Shown here: one piece after another, positions 14,858 through 26,690 of the stretch
Layout: each line of letters begins with the position of its first letter
How positions within the stretch are numbered: position 1 is the stretch's first letter
Assembly: GCA_951406725.2 (NCBI GenBank)
Contig: OX597824.1
Location: 44,144,001 to 44,208,000, forward strand
Source: Octopus vulgaris
Lineage: Eukaryota
Length of the DNA stretch: 64,000 bases
Reading direction: 5' to 3'
Made by a program: the position numbers and the translations under genes
The notes under the pieces: model-generated
What the model was told of the DNA's origin: nothing
The model's input: the letters and a program-made list of their open reading frames with translations, nothing else
Database searches by the model: none

Positions 14858-15182
14858 CACCCATGTTAATGGCATGTAAAAAGCACCTTTTGAGTGTTGG
14901 GTCTCACAGAGGCAGAGGCAATAACAAATGACTGAAACCTTTGGCAATGTGCCATGCTTGAGTAGAAGACCAATCAAGCCAAGTGAAACTGCAGTTATGA
15001 CAGATACTGGTGTCACACAACTGGCACCCATTACACTCTCAGAGTAGTTGGCGTTAGAAAGGGCATCCAGTCATAGAAACCATGCCAAGTCAGACTGAAG
15101 TCTGGTGCAACACCTCAGCTTGCCAGCTCTGATCAAACTGTTTAACCCATGCCAATATAGACAATGCACAATAAATGATGAT
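14858..15182 (+). mobile_element. Old RTE-type LINE 3' end
   Basis: ggcatgtaaaaagcacc ... tacactctcagagtagttggcgttagaaagggcatcc ... aacccatgcca ... tgatgat. Confidence 0.8.
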
Positions 15183-15299
15183 ATATCCTTTTAAGTTCAT
15201 TTACAGGGAAACATTTTTGAGCATGCATATAAAAGCTCCTATTCTATTATGCCAGCTACAGCCTAGTGATGCCAACAACAGAATAGCTGTACTTACTAA

Positions 15300-15900
15300 C
15301 CCTACTACATATCACTTCATTGAGGAGATGCCTACTGTGACTAAGGTCAAACCAATGAACTATACTATCCATCCTGACATCTGCATACTCAAATATCAAA
15401 ATAAGTCTAACATCATCACACACTCACACCTCCCTCTTCTTTATAATTTCCATTCCTTTCTCTTTCCATCACCTTTTACTCCTCCCCACAATATTGCCCA
15501 CATACTCCAATCAACCTTTACATTGGTCAAACTTGATAATCAACCTTCAGTTATACATTTGCTGCTTCCAACATTAATGCCATATTGCCCAAGGAGATGA
15601 ACACATGAATATGATTCACCCAATGTCCATGGATACTGTGAACGGCGCTGTAATTATCCCAGGAACATGGACTATGATCATAAGAAACATGTCATTTGTG
15701 GAAATGCACGTAGCAATGCACTAAAATATTTATAAATTCCATCCATGGACTATTATTATTAATATATCAAATAATTACATTTACCACACTTACAAATATG
15801 ACATATGACACAAAGGTGAACAGAACTGCCTTCAAGAGTCAACAATGTGTATGGAGGATGACCATATTGCTGACTAAGTATTTTAGTAATCATTTAACCA
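15300..15900 (+). mobile_element. Possible highly decayed Penelope-like (GIY-YIG) fragment
   Basis: tgc cca cat act cca atc aac ctt tac att ggt caa act = CPHTPINLYIGQT near 15495-15535, resembling the YIGQT motif. Boundaries uncertain. Confidence 0.35.
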
Positions 15901-16616
15901 CCAGCAAACAGATTACTCCAACACTAACACAATCTACTATCACACTGGAGTTCTATGTTTGTGGCTGAAATAATATCATAACCTGCAATCTAAACAGTTT
16001 AAGATTTTTATAATATAACAAACTTTAAACTATACATTTATGAAAACAATATAAAAAAAAGAAAAAGTGTACAGAACCACCTTCAGGAATTGAAGCCTGT
16101 ATCATACACTGAACAACTGCATTACTGATAATATCAAAGTACCTTTTAATATGACTTTTCAAATTAGTACTTAAGCCTAACCAAAGAAACTAACATTTCA
16201 TCTCAAAGGTAGTGAATGTTAGACCAGTATCACCACATCAGTGTGAAATTCGTGCTACATCATCTACAGTTTTCTCTTTAATTAGTGTTGGCTTATTGAA
16301 TCACAAGAAATAATTTTGGAGATTGGGAACTTTAATGTAACAGATGAGTTCTGATTCTGGTTGGCTTAATACATTATATACACTCTTTCTTCATGTATAT
16401 ACTATATATCATGTTTATTACCACTAAGATAACATATATTATCCCAGATTCTAGAATAGGTAATGCGTGTCATAAGAAGCAACTAAAAATGTTAGCATCA
16501 TGAAGGGCAACTACACTGCCTTAAAAAGTTCCATCAAATTCATGCTATCATGGAAAAACAAATGTAAAGACACACACACACAAAACTGCCAAAGCACTAG
16601 TTTTAAAATGTTAAAT

Positions 16617-16669
16617 GGTAGTGGTTGTTGTTGTTGGTGGTGGTGGTAGTAGTGGTAGTGGTAGTAGTG

Positions 16670-16725
<56 letters not shown>
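16617..16725. repeat. Compound (GTT)/(GGT)/(GTA)n trinucleotide microsatellite
   Basis: Direct reading; explains the poly-S/V/Y ORFs. Confidence 0.95.
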
Positions 16726-16726
<1 letters not shown>

Positions 16727-18139
16727 CAGCCAGAACAAAGTCTTACAATATTTATCTTTTTACATTCAGGGTTAACTGTCATTCATCCCTCCACAGCTGG
16801 CAAATATATTTGTAATACACTGAACCAATTTAAATGAAGGTAACACTCCCTTGTGATATTAATATACTGAACTAATGACCATAAAGTCTCCAAAATTACA
16901 ATTTTAGTAGGCAATTAAAAGTCAATAAATAATTATATCATGCTTAATTAATAGAAAAGGCCACCACCCCCCTCTCAACAAATAGACAAAGAAATCCCCA
17001 TTTAGAATACACACAAACGCTCCTCTTAGTAAACACTGCTATTATCTGTAACTTTCCAATTTATAAATCTTTAAAAGTCTCAGGTGAAAATAAAATCTAC
17101 TTCCCATGATTTCGGTGACCTAAAAAGTAACTTTTATTTTTTCCCAGAAGAGAGTAAAAAATAATGTTATCAAGCGTGTTGGAAAGAATTCTAAAATGAT
17201 GTACACCTCTTAAATATTTAAAACTTATTTTTTTTAGAATCATTTTTTCAGTAGTCTAAAAAAATATTTCTCAAAGCCTTAAGTAATGTTATTTTGATGA
17301 AGACTCATAAATGACACATTAAAGAGTATAAAAAGTTAATAAAAAAAAGCAGGAACTGGTGATTCTCTTATGTGTTCTTATTACATTTGTGTCAACTATT
17401 TTATAAGTACATATATTGTGTTAATTGAAGATTATTTGCCTTCAAAATGCATTCAGCAAATGATAACATTTCTTATTGATATCACATTTTCAGCCTGCTT
17501 TCCCCACTATCATGGGTCAAACAGATTTTCAGAACTGATTTATCCCTTTTATTTTAAATCTAAACATTCTTTAGGAAGTTCACAAATCTCAGATAACCAG
17601 CCATTTGCATCACCAATTCTTATCACACAACTAAAACCACAGAAATCTCATCCACATCAGCTTTACATGGCCAAAACTGAAATGTGCTCCATACATGCAA
17701 TTCAATTCTTTCTGAAGAAATTCCCTACCCACAAAAAATATAGATCAAATCAAGTCAATCCTTCCCATTCAGTTTTCCTGATTGGGTTTCATATTGCACA
17801 GAATCTTCTTTGAATACCCATAAGTATTTAAGCAAGTTATTTTCATTGTTTAGTTGCATACCATTTTCATCTCACTAACATTTTATGCAGTTTCTATAAT
17901 CTTGAAATCTGCAAAGGTGAAATAATCAAGTTCGAATCTACAGTTATGTCATTGTTTCTGGGTTGAACATCCATCCCACACTAAATCATTTCACTTAGCA
18001 ATCAAGAATAAATTTCTGATCAACTGATAATGTTACATATAATCTAAGAAAAGATTTTTCATTCATTTCCCCCTTCAAACCAGGATTAAACATGTACTAA
18101 CCTTTAAAAGCCTTTTGGAACTGCATTTTACAATCTTAA

Positions 18140-19201
18140 CCCTTTCGTTACTATATTTCTGACCAAATTACACCCCTTATGTGTAATCATAAATTTAGTC
18201 TGGTTTCATTAAACAACTATAACTTTTTATTTATCGATATATTAATCTGATTTTTGGAAGATAATTTAATGAAATATTCTCAACCAATTCTATACTATAA
18301 TTTTTGTCACAAAGTGACTCTAATTGCAGGTAGATACAGGTAAATTCAACAAAATATAAAATTATTAAAATTTTGTTCAAACATCGCTATAGAAAATGGG
18401 TTATTAGCTAATATTCAATTGGGTATACAACAAAATTTTACGATAGAATTTGTTATTCTGGGTAACTTTCTGATACCCATAATAATATTTATGGCAAAAT
18501 AGTCTTAATTTCATTTAAGGTTGTGGGAAACCACAAACTATCGTTTCTTTCGCTTTGTTTACGTTTAGCGTAACGGTTCGTTTTCGCCGTAATGATTTCA
18601 AATAGGCTCATTCGAAAAAGTAAAAAGAAATAGTTTAAGGCTTTACTCTTCTGGGAAAGTCTGTGACTTGGTCCAGTTTCTTCAGAAAAATCACCGAAAG
18701 AAACAGTTTTTAAATGTTCACTCCATTCGGGTGCCAATTCATTTTCTTTATCGCTGTCGATCTCGGATTCACAGTTTTCACTTTCGGAAAATGAAACATC
18801 AGATTCATTATCAAATACTGGGTGCTTTTTTTTTCAGTCATAGAGTTAGATTTATGAAGGTCTTCAGTAGAAAATCCTTCGAATTCTGACTCACTGCTTG
18901 ATATAATGAAATTCGTATCCATTTTTTGTCAGAATTACAAATTTTGAAAACACAATAGGAACAAATTTCGGAAAAAAATCTCCCAAAATTCACGGAATTA
19001 AAATTACACTTCGATTATTGTTCAAAACTGTAGTTGAACTCTTTACGAAGTATAATACGTGTTTTCACGAATGTACTAAAGAGATTTGCTCTGATATTCT
19101 CATTTAAATATGAATAGGTAAATTCGGGCGGCTTTGGGCGGTTTGGTCTCATTAACCAAAATTTTTTTCGGGCGGCTTTGGGCGGTTTGGTAACGAAAGG
19201 G
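18140..19201 (-). mobile_element. Internally deleted piggyBac element (1062 bp) retaining the transposase 5' part
   Basis: TTAA TSDs, perfect TIR CCCTTTCGTTAC/GTAACGAAAGGG, and a duplicated subterminal ttcgggcggctttgggcggtttggt. Minus-strand frames give MDTNFIISSSESEFEGFSTEDL and WSEHLKTVSFGDFSEETGP...YFFLLF...IITAKTNRYA...WFPTTLNEIK. Confidence 0.93.
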
Positions 19202-19434
19202 TTAAAATCAATTTTCTTTGTTGGATGTATAGTAACAGGACCTCACATGAAGTTACACAATGAATATCTCATTTAGCCACATTTCTAAGTCATAAACTCG
19301 ATAACATATTTCTGTGGAATATAACAGCATCACATTTGATGAAGCTGCTTGAACACATGACCAAAAATTTACAAAGAGGAGACAAAGCCGAAGGAGGGAC
19401 ATAGCTAATTAAATATTATTCATAAAAAAACAAG

Positions 19435-19640
19435 GGAAGATGGCAAGCTGGCAGAATCATTAGCATGCAAGATGAAATGCTGAGCAATATTTCATCCATC
19501 TTTACATTCTGAGCTAAAATTCCTCCAAGATCAACTTTTTCGCTTTTGGGGTCAATGAAATAAGTATAGGTGGAGCACTAGGGTCATTGTAACTTATTAC
19601 CTTCTTAAAAATTTCAGGTCTTGTGCCCATAGTTGAAAGA
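19435..19640 (+). mobile_element. Short SINE (family C)
   Basis: gatggcaagctggcagaatcattagc...ttacattctgag...ggggtcaatgaaataagta...cttgtgccc. Confidence 0.7.
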
Positions 19641-20576
19641 ATCTTTTATAAGGGAGGGGAGTAATTGAGAAAATTAATTCCAATACATTACTAATAATTA
19701 TTTTATCAACTCAGAGAGCTGTAAAAATAAAGTAAATTTTTGCAGATTTTTAACTTGAAACAGGAAAAACTAAATACTTGAAATCATTCAGTCCAATACT
19801 TACTCTGTTCCTATCAAATCACTACCACTACCTCCCTCATATATATAAATATATTGGACAGAATCACAAATTTGTTGGGAAGTTTGATATAAAATCAACC
19901 CCCTTCCCAGGATGATTAGTATTATTTTATGGAGGAATGAAAAAAATAAATTGACTTAAGTGCAATGTGAACTCAAAACAGAATAAATTTGAAGTATTTA
20001 GGCAGGCACTCAACCATTTGTACCATTGCATTAAGACCTCCTACTACAATTACTCCCTCTTCTCAAAAGGTCAATCTTAACTACCTTATTCTAGAATATC
20101 CTTTGCATTTATTTATCTACCCTCATTGCTACCCATCACTATCTTATACTATAAAATTACTAATTTCTCATCTTTTTTCTTTAAATGTCAATACTAATTT
20201 ATTTCTTTGTTCAAAGATCTAAGTTTGGATTGTTTTAGTTCATCAGAAACCCACTCAATCTCTGAAATACACTTGAGCACTTTTAAGAAAACTAACACCC
20301 TGTCAAAAGACTCCAAACCTTGCCAGATGACTACTACAGATCTAGTCAGCTAAGAAGACATTACCTCGATATACATAAAAATTAGATTGTTTCTTGCACA
20401 ACATTAACTAACTTCTTCATAATTATTCCACACTCCTTAAGTTGAAACAAGCTGATTTCAAATCTTTAAGAACATAAGAATTTTCAAATGCCAATGAACA
20501 AGTGAAAATATTTAAAAGTATTCATCTCGAAAAAAGGAGGTTAATAATCTCAAAAAATTATATAACCTTATTAACT

Positions 20577-22364
20577 TATCTCAAATCTATTCAATTTGAC
20601 GTACAGATTTTTCAATTAATTTTTTTTTAACTAAACACTTTGAAACTTCGGATACTGGAAGAATGTGTCATGTAGAACAGGGCTTGCTCTTGACGTTTTT
20701 GACAAAATTTTGTATTTTAGAAGTTATTTCATATAAAAGTTGTCGTATATGGGTAATTTTAACCAATCAATGACATATATTCAGCTGAAGAAAATTACTG
20801 CTACTGTTTGCAAACAACAACTTCCAGGTCCACTGACAAAACGAGTCTTCAACAAAAAAATTTAAACTGAAAATCTCCCCTAACAAAACCCTTCTTTAAT
20901 AACCAGAAATGATTTTATAGCAACATATATGATAATGTGTCTATCTATCTATATACATACACACACACATTAATAATAGACAGAAGTTATAGAGTGACAA
21001 CGGCCAAAGTGCCAATACACAAAACTCTCAGCTTTTGACTTACTCTCTAACTTCTGCCGATGATATATACACATACATATATGTGCAAAAAAATCTCATC
21101 ATGCAATCGAACCAATGAAAGAGCCTCTACTTGGTCACTAGACATGCTAAAAATAGCAGCCAACGTATCCCCCTACCTAAATCACATGCCCATTGTATGT
21201 AATGTCCTAGATTATCCCTCAAAAAATAGTTTGCTGAAGGCTGGAATGTCTTTGATGATAGGTTTGCTGTATCAGGGTTGATTTGAGGCTAAATAACAAC
21301 AAAATTATTACTGAGACAGACCAACAATGGAGCCTGTATGTTGTTGCATGACCTGCTAGAAAAAGTAGCTAAAGTTTTTTTATATACAGAATAGAAAAAT
21401 CTCTGACACATTCAACCAGTATCCAAAGTTTCAAACTGTTTAGTTAAAACAATTAATTAAAAAATCTGTAAGATCCATGAAACTACTCTCGTACAACACT
21501 GGATATCATATATTGTTGTCATACAACAACATACAGGCTCCGTCGTTGGTTTGTCAATAATTTTGTTGTTATTTAGCCTCAAATCAACCCTGATACAGCA
21601 AACCTATCATCAAAAACATTCCAGCCTTCAGCAAACTGTCTTTTTAGGGATAATCTACAACATTACATACAATGGGTGTGTGATTTAGGTAGGGGGATAA
21701 GTTGGCTGCTATTTTTAGCGTGTCGAGTGATCAAGTAGAGGCTCTTTCATTGGTTCAATTGCATGATGAGATTTTTTTGCACATATACTTATGTATATAT
21801 ATCATCGGCAGAAGTTAGAGAGTAAGTCAAAAGCTGAAAGTTTTGTTTATTGGCACCTATGAAACACAAATTTGACCATTGTCATTCTGTAACTTCTGCC
21901 TATTATTAATGTGTGTGTGTGTGTGGGGGGTTAAGTTGGTAGGTAGGTAGATAGATAGATAGACAGATAGATAGATAGATAGACAAAAAGATAGATAGAT
22001 AGACAGACAGACATTCTCATATATGTTGCTATAAAATCATCTCTGGTTATTAAAGAAGGGTTTTGTTAGGGGAGATTTTCAGTTTAAATTTTTCTGTTGT
22101 CAAAGACTCATCATTTTATCAATGAACCCAGAAGTTGTTCGCAAACAGCAGCAGTAATTTTCTTCAGTTGAATACATGTCATTGATTGGTTAAAATTACC
22201 CAAATACAACTTTAACACGAAATAATTTCTAAAATACAAAATTTTGTCAAAATGTTAAGAGTAAACCCTGTTCTACATACACATTCTACCAGTATCCGAA
22301 GTTTCAAAGTGTTTAGTTAAAAAAAATCTGTACATCAAATTGAATAAATCCCTTATTTGAGATA
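20577..22364. repeat. Long inverted duplication (arms ~20577-21352 and ~21518-22364, spacer ~165 bp)
   Basis: Continuous reverse-complement match through a MITE end, a microsatellite and a family D repeat, e.g. aaacactttgaaacttcggatactgg / ccagtatccgaagtttcaaagtgttt and cttactctctaacttctgccgatgat / atcatcggcagaagttagagagtaag. Confidence 0.95.
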
Positions 22365-22366
22365 TT

Positions 22367-22706
22367 GCTGGTATGACTGTGTGGTTAAGATATTTAGCTT
22401 CCACTCAATTTCAGTCCCTTTGCAAGGCACCTTGGGTGAATGTCTTCTACAAAAGCCCCTAACTGATCAATGCATTATAAATAAATTTGCTAGATAGAAA
22501 CAATGCAGAAGCCTCTATGCACATACATGCTTGTCTCACTTCTGGATAATTGGTCTTGGTTTATGCCCCTATAACTTAGCAGTTTAGCAAAGAGAGACCA
22601 ATAAAGTAAATATCACACTTAAGAATAAGTATTGGATCAATTTCATCAACTAAAACCTTGAAGACAGTGCCTCAGCATGACTGCAGTTCAATGACTAAAA
22701 CAAGTA
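22367..22706 (+). mobile_element. tRNA-head SINE (family A), old copy
   Basis: tgactgtgtggttaaga...ggcaccttgggtgaatgtcttctac...cagcatgactgcagttcaatgactaaaacaagta. Confidence 0.75.
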
Positions 22707-23933
22707 TTTAAAAAGTAACCGATAAAGGAGAGTATTGAAAAAGGATCTACAGAAGCATACTTATGATACAGCCCCAACAGTATTATATGCCAGCTTTACA
22801 ATGTTCCTGTTTGATGTGAGACCACATGGAACATTGCCCTACAATTGCTGTTAAGCAGCACATAATATGTTTTTCTCAAGTAAGTGTTTGCCTGGAAGTA
22901 AACAACTGCTTGATGTACACAATGACTTAATCTGGCCCAGGGCCAAACTCCACATTCTATTACACTAAACAGAGTAAAGCTGTTGTACCAAAATATCTGC
23001 TATGTAAATTTTTAATCTTTTTTTTTAAACAAAAAGTACTGAATGATTAATCATCAGCTCAATATGATGGCTTCTAAACATTAGGTTTGTACAAAGACAT
23101 ACATACATAGAAACCTATTAGAAATCAAAGTTTTTATTTTGAAAACCAGAAATAATTGGACTAATTTATAAAAGTTTATCACTATAGCAACTTCATAGAT
23201 TCAGTAATGTCCATTGTAACAACAACTGTAGCATGAATATGATATAGAATTATAACTAGGAAGAAAAAAAACTATATTCAAATTATTTTCTATATTTTTC
23301 AACATCTTTTTTTTTACCCTATCTTGATAATAGAATTGATTCAGTTAAGCAGTTTAGATAAACTGAAATTTTCTTTCACTTACAATTTTAGCCTGTCAAC
23401 AAATTGCAATTAAAGATAAAATTTCAGTTTAAAATATTTTGATTAACATGTTAACCACCAAAGCCTGTTAGTGATTGTGTGAAGTTTGCATGTACATGTA
23501 GCAAATAACATGCTTCCAACAGGCAGAATGATTTACTAGACAAGCTGGAGCAAGCAGAGTTAGGAACCTTACTTAGAGAGAAAACAAGATCTGATCTAAC
23601 AACCATCATGACTATGTAGTTAAACCCTATTTGTATACAGAAAATGGAGGAGATTCTTTTGACAAAATGTCACAATTTGCTGAACACTAGAACACATATA
23701 CCCTCATTCCTCTGCTTACAAAGAGGATTTAAAAGCCAATTATTCTTTATTTATCTTTGTATTTTTTTAATACATGCAACATTGCACGCGCGCACACGCA
23801 CACACAGTGTAATGTATGGATTCATAAAATCATGTAGCTATCACAGAAAGCTTCTCTAGTGGATCCAGCTAGCAGTCCACCTAGTAATCTAATATGAAGG
23901 AATATAATGCAGAGTTCTATGCAGCTGAAATCT

Positions 23934-24268
23934 AGGACGTGTGAGAGGTGGCTATATTTACTTAACCACTTGTCATCCTTAGTGTTACAGCTGTTTTGCA
24001 GACTTTATTATGTACTAGTTTCAGTGTATAATAAAATATTTTACAGTTTGCTTTAATATGCATGTTATGAATTATCCAATACAATTGTATATTTACAAAT
24101 CAATACAAATAAAGAAAGCTACTCATCAGATGCTAGAACATCATAGTTACACCAATGCTTCAATTCATTATACACTGAAATAATTATTATATGACGAAGA
24201 CTGCAAAACAGCTGTAATCCTAAGGATGACAAGTGGTTTAATAAATATATTCACCTTTCACACCTCCT
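23934..24268 (-). mobile_element. Penelope-like pLTR remnant with ~100-bp inverted arms and a degenerate hammerhead motif
   Basis: Arms 23934-24032 / 24167-24268. Minus strand reads GCAT-CTGATGA-GTAGCTTT...AAAGTCTGC-AAAA-CAGCTG-TA. Confidence 0.65.
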
Positions 24269-24294
24269 GACTTTTTATGGTTCTGAGATTATAT

Positions 24295-24334
<40 letters not shown>

Positions 24335-24499
24335 ACAAAAATAAATTAATTTATAAATACCTCACCTCAAAACATAAATTAAATTGTAGCTATTATAATG
24401 TAGCCCAAATCAAACTGAGTAGACCTATAGAACTGTGAGATTCATAGATATGCTCCAAATATGCTGTGCCTCCACCTAGTTGATGACAACATGCAGTGA

Positions 24500-25140
24500 G
24501 TTATTGTATGGAGTAGTGTGTCAATCTAGGCAGGGTTTCTTTTCCCTCTCTGCTGTATAGTGTGTTCTTGAATACCTGCTTTTGTTTAACTTTAGATCAG
24601 CTCTAATAAAGCAGGCCAATGATCTACCAGCATTCCAGTAGTGAAGCTTGTATTTTATTTTTATTTTGGGCAAATTGAGAATTTTATTTATATAAAATGC
24701 TTTTTCATTTTTTAATGATATGGTATGAATTGATGAAAATTTGGCTATTTCTTGAAAAGTCAGGTGACCATGTAGAAGTTTTTTCCATTTGCTCACTTGC
24801 AAGCCTGTAAGTTCTGATGTTGGCCATAGTGGAGGAGACAACAAAGTGAACAGGATTGGAGCACAATTGTTGTGGCTCCTCTGCATGTGACTCTAGTAGT
24901 GTTCTGAACAACGTTTGAGACTAATGAGGTTATCAGTACTATTATATGTAGGTATCTATTGTGTGTCTAGATTGAGTGCTACCTTGTGAAAGTAGACTGA
25001 AGTTGGGATCCGTTTGCAGTTTATGATTATACAAAGTGCCCTACTTTGTATTCATTGTAGTTCCTTAAGGAGATTGGAGACTGATTGTAATGAATGTTGT
25101 AGAGGTATTGAAGAAAATTCCTAGTATTTATGTCTGCGTG
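24500..25140 (-). mobile_element. Decayed Penelope-like element, GIY-YIG endonuclease region
   Basis: Minus strand gives TCRGATTIVLQSCSLCCLLHYGQ (cf. TCxSxNxIYxIxCxxCxxxYIGQT) and downstream EKAFYINKILNLP, with frameshifts and stops. Confidence 0.55.
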
Positions 25141-26690
25141 TAGGATGTTTGTTGCAATAGTGGTGGTTGTTATTTAGCTCCAAGTTAATCCTAAAAAGGA
25201 AAACTTGTGATCAAAGACAGTTCAACCATAACTATATCAACATGTATTAAAATTTAGTGTATTTAGGACTATTCTTGTTTCTTTTTTATGATGGTAGAGT
25301 ATAACTTGAGGGCAATCTGGCTGCTGTTTCAAGCAGGTCAAGCAACTGCATAGAGGCTTCCTCCCTAGAACATAAGATGGTTGATTGTTTGATATTCTTT
25401 AGAGTTATTTGATAAGTAATACTTTTACTTTGGAGCAGGTGATTGATCTTGTGTTGGAGAAGTTGAACTTTTGCCATCAGCAAATTTTTCAAACATATTT
25501 TGTATGAAACAGCAAAATTACATGTCTCCTATCTCTTGGAAGTTTCCTGTATTGCATAAGTTGCTGAATTGCTGGAGGAGTTATTTCCAACCCATATTCT
25601 ATAATTCAGATGTTCAAAGATGGGTTATGTATCACACAATCTTCCTGCTATACATTACTAACCTATGTGCTGTTACTTCCAACCACACATATACATATCT
25701 AGATGATTGAAAGGAATAAACTCAGTTAGATACATAACTCTTCCTTTTGAGATTTAAGCACTGTTTGAATATAAAATTGAAGTGAAAGTAACATGATATA
25801 AAAATTACACTGTAAAGGACTGACAAGTTTATATCTTAACAAAATTCATCAAAAAACATTCTCTCTGTAGAATAGGATTTAAATCAAAAATCCAAGTCCA
25901 AAGTTTACAAATATCTTGTTCTTAGAAACAGAATTGCTTCTACCAAGTCCCTCTTCTTAAAGGCCTTTAAATCTGATTTGATTACATCCAAATCTGTAAC
26001 TTGAATAGGAAATTTCAAAGTTAAAGACTGTGAAGTTTTACCAGCTCTGACTCCAGAAACTCAATAACCAATTCCAACAGCTTTGCTTTTAAGCAAATAC
26101 CTATAATCACATTTTAATCATTTAACTTAGCTTCTGATGTAATTAGAAAACCTAACTAAAACTACTGCAGATATACCATACATGTATTCAATTTAAAATA
26201 TACATAGACATTTTTAGCCTCAATGAGAAGGAATCTTTGGCATAAATGGACAAGTTGAAAAAGGGGAATGAACTAGTGGTTCATAATTTTGATTTTTATG
26301 AGGAAAGACTTTAAGTGAAGCACTAGAGGTGATCTAATAACAATCAAAATCTTTATCTTTCAATTGTCAATCTCATATTCTCACTTCAACATAGCTTTTG
26401 AGCATCAAAATTCTTGAACAAAATAGCAAAAATAAATATATTTAACTAATATTTGCTTAGCTGTGAGCTGGACTATTAACTTCAGTTTTATTTTTATTTT
26501 AGTTCAGGACCTTGTTTTCAAATTCTATCACAAATGTTCATTTTCAGTTTTACCTTTCTCATTTGAGTAGTCCAGAACTGTGAGCAGATTGAAAACTTAA
26601 AATATTTTATGAAAATGAAATCTAGAACCAGAAATAACAGTGTATTCAGTATGTCTTCTTTCACTTTCTCTCTCTCTCTCACACACACAG

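Noticed and set aside
16511-16837. Poly-Ser/Val/Tyr ORFs
   Set aside because: Translation of a (GTA)n microsatellite.
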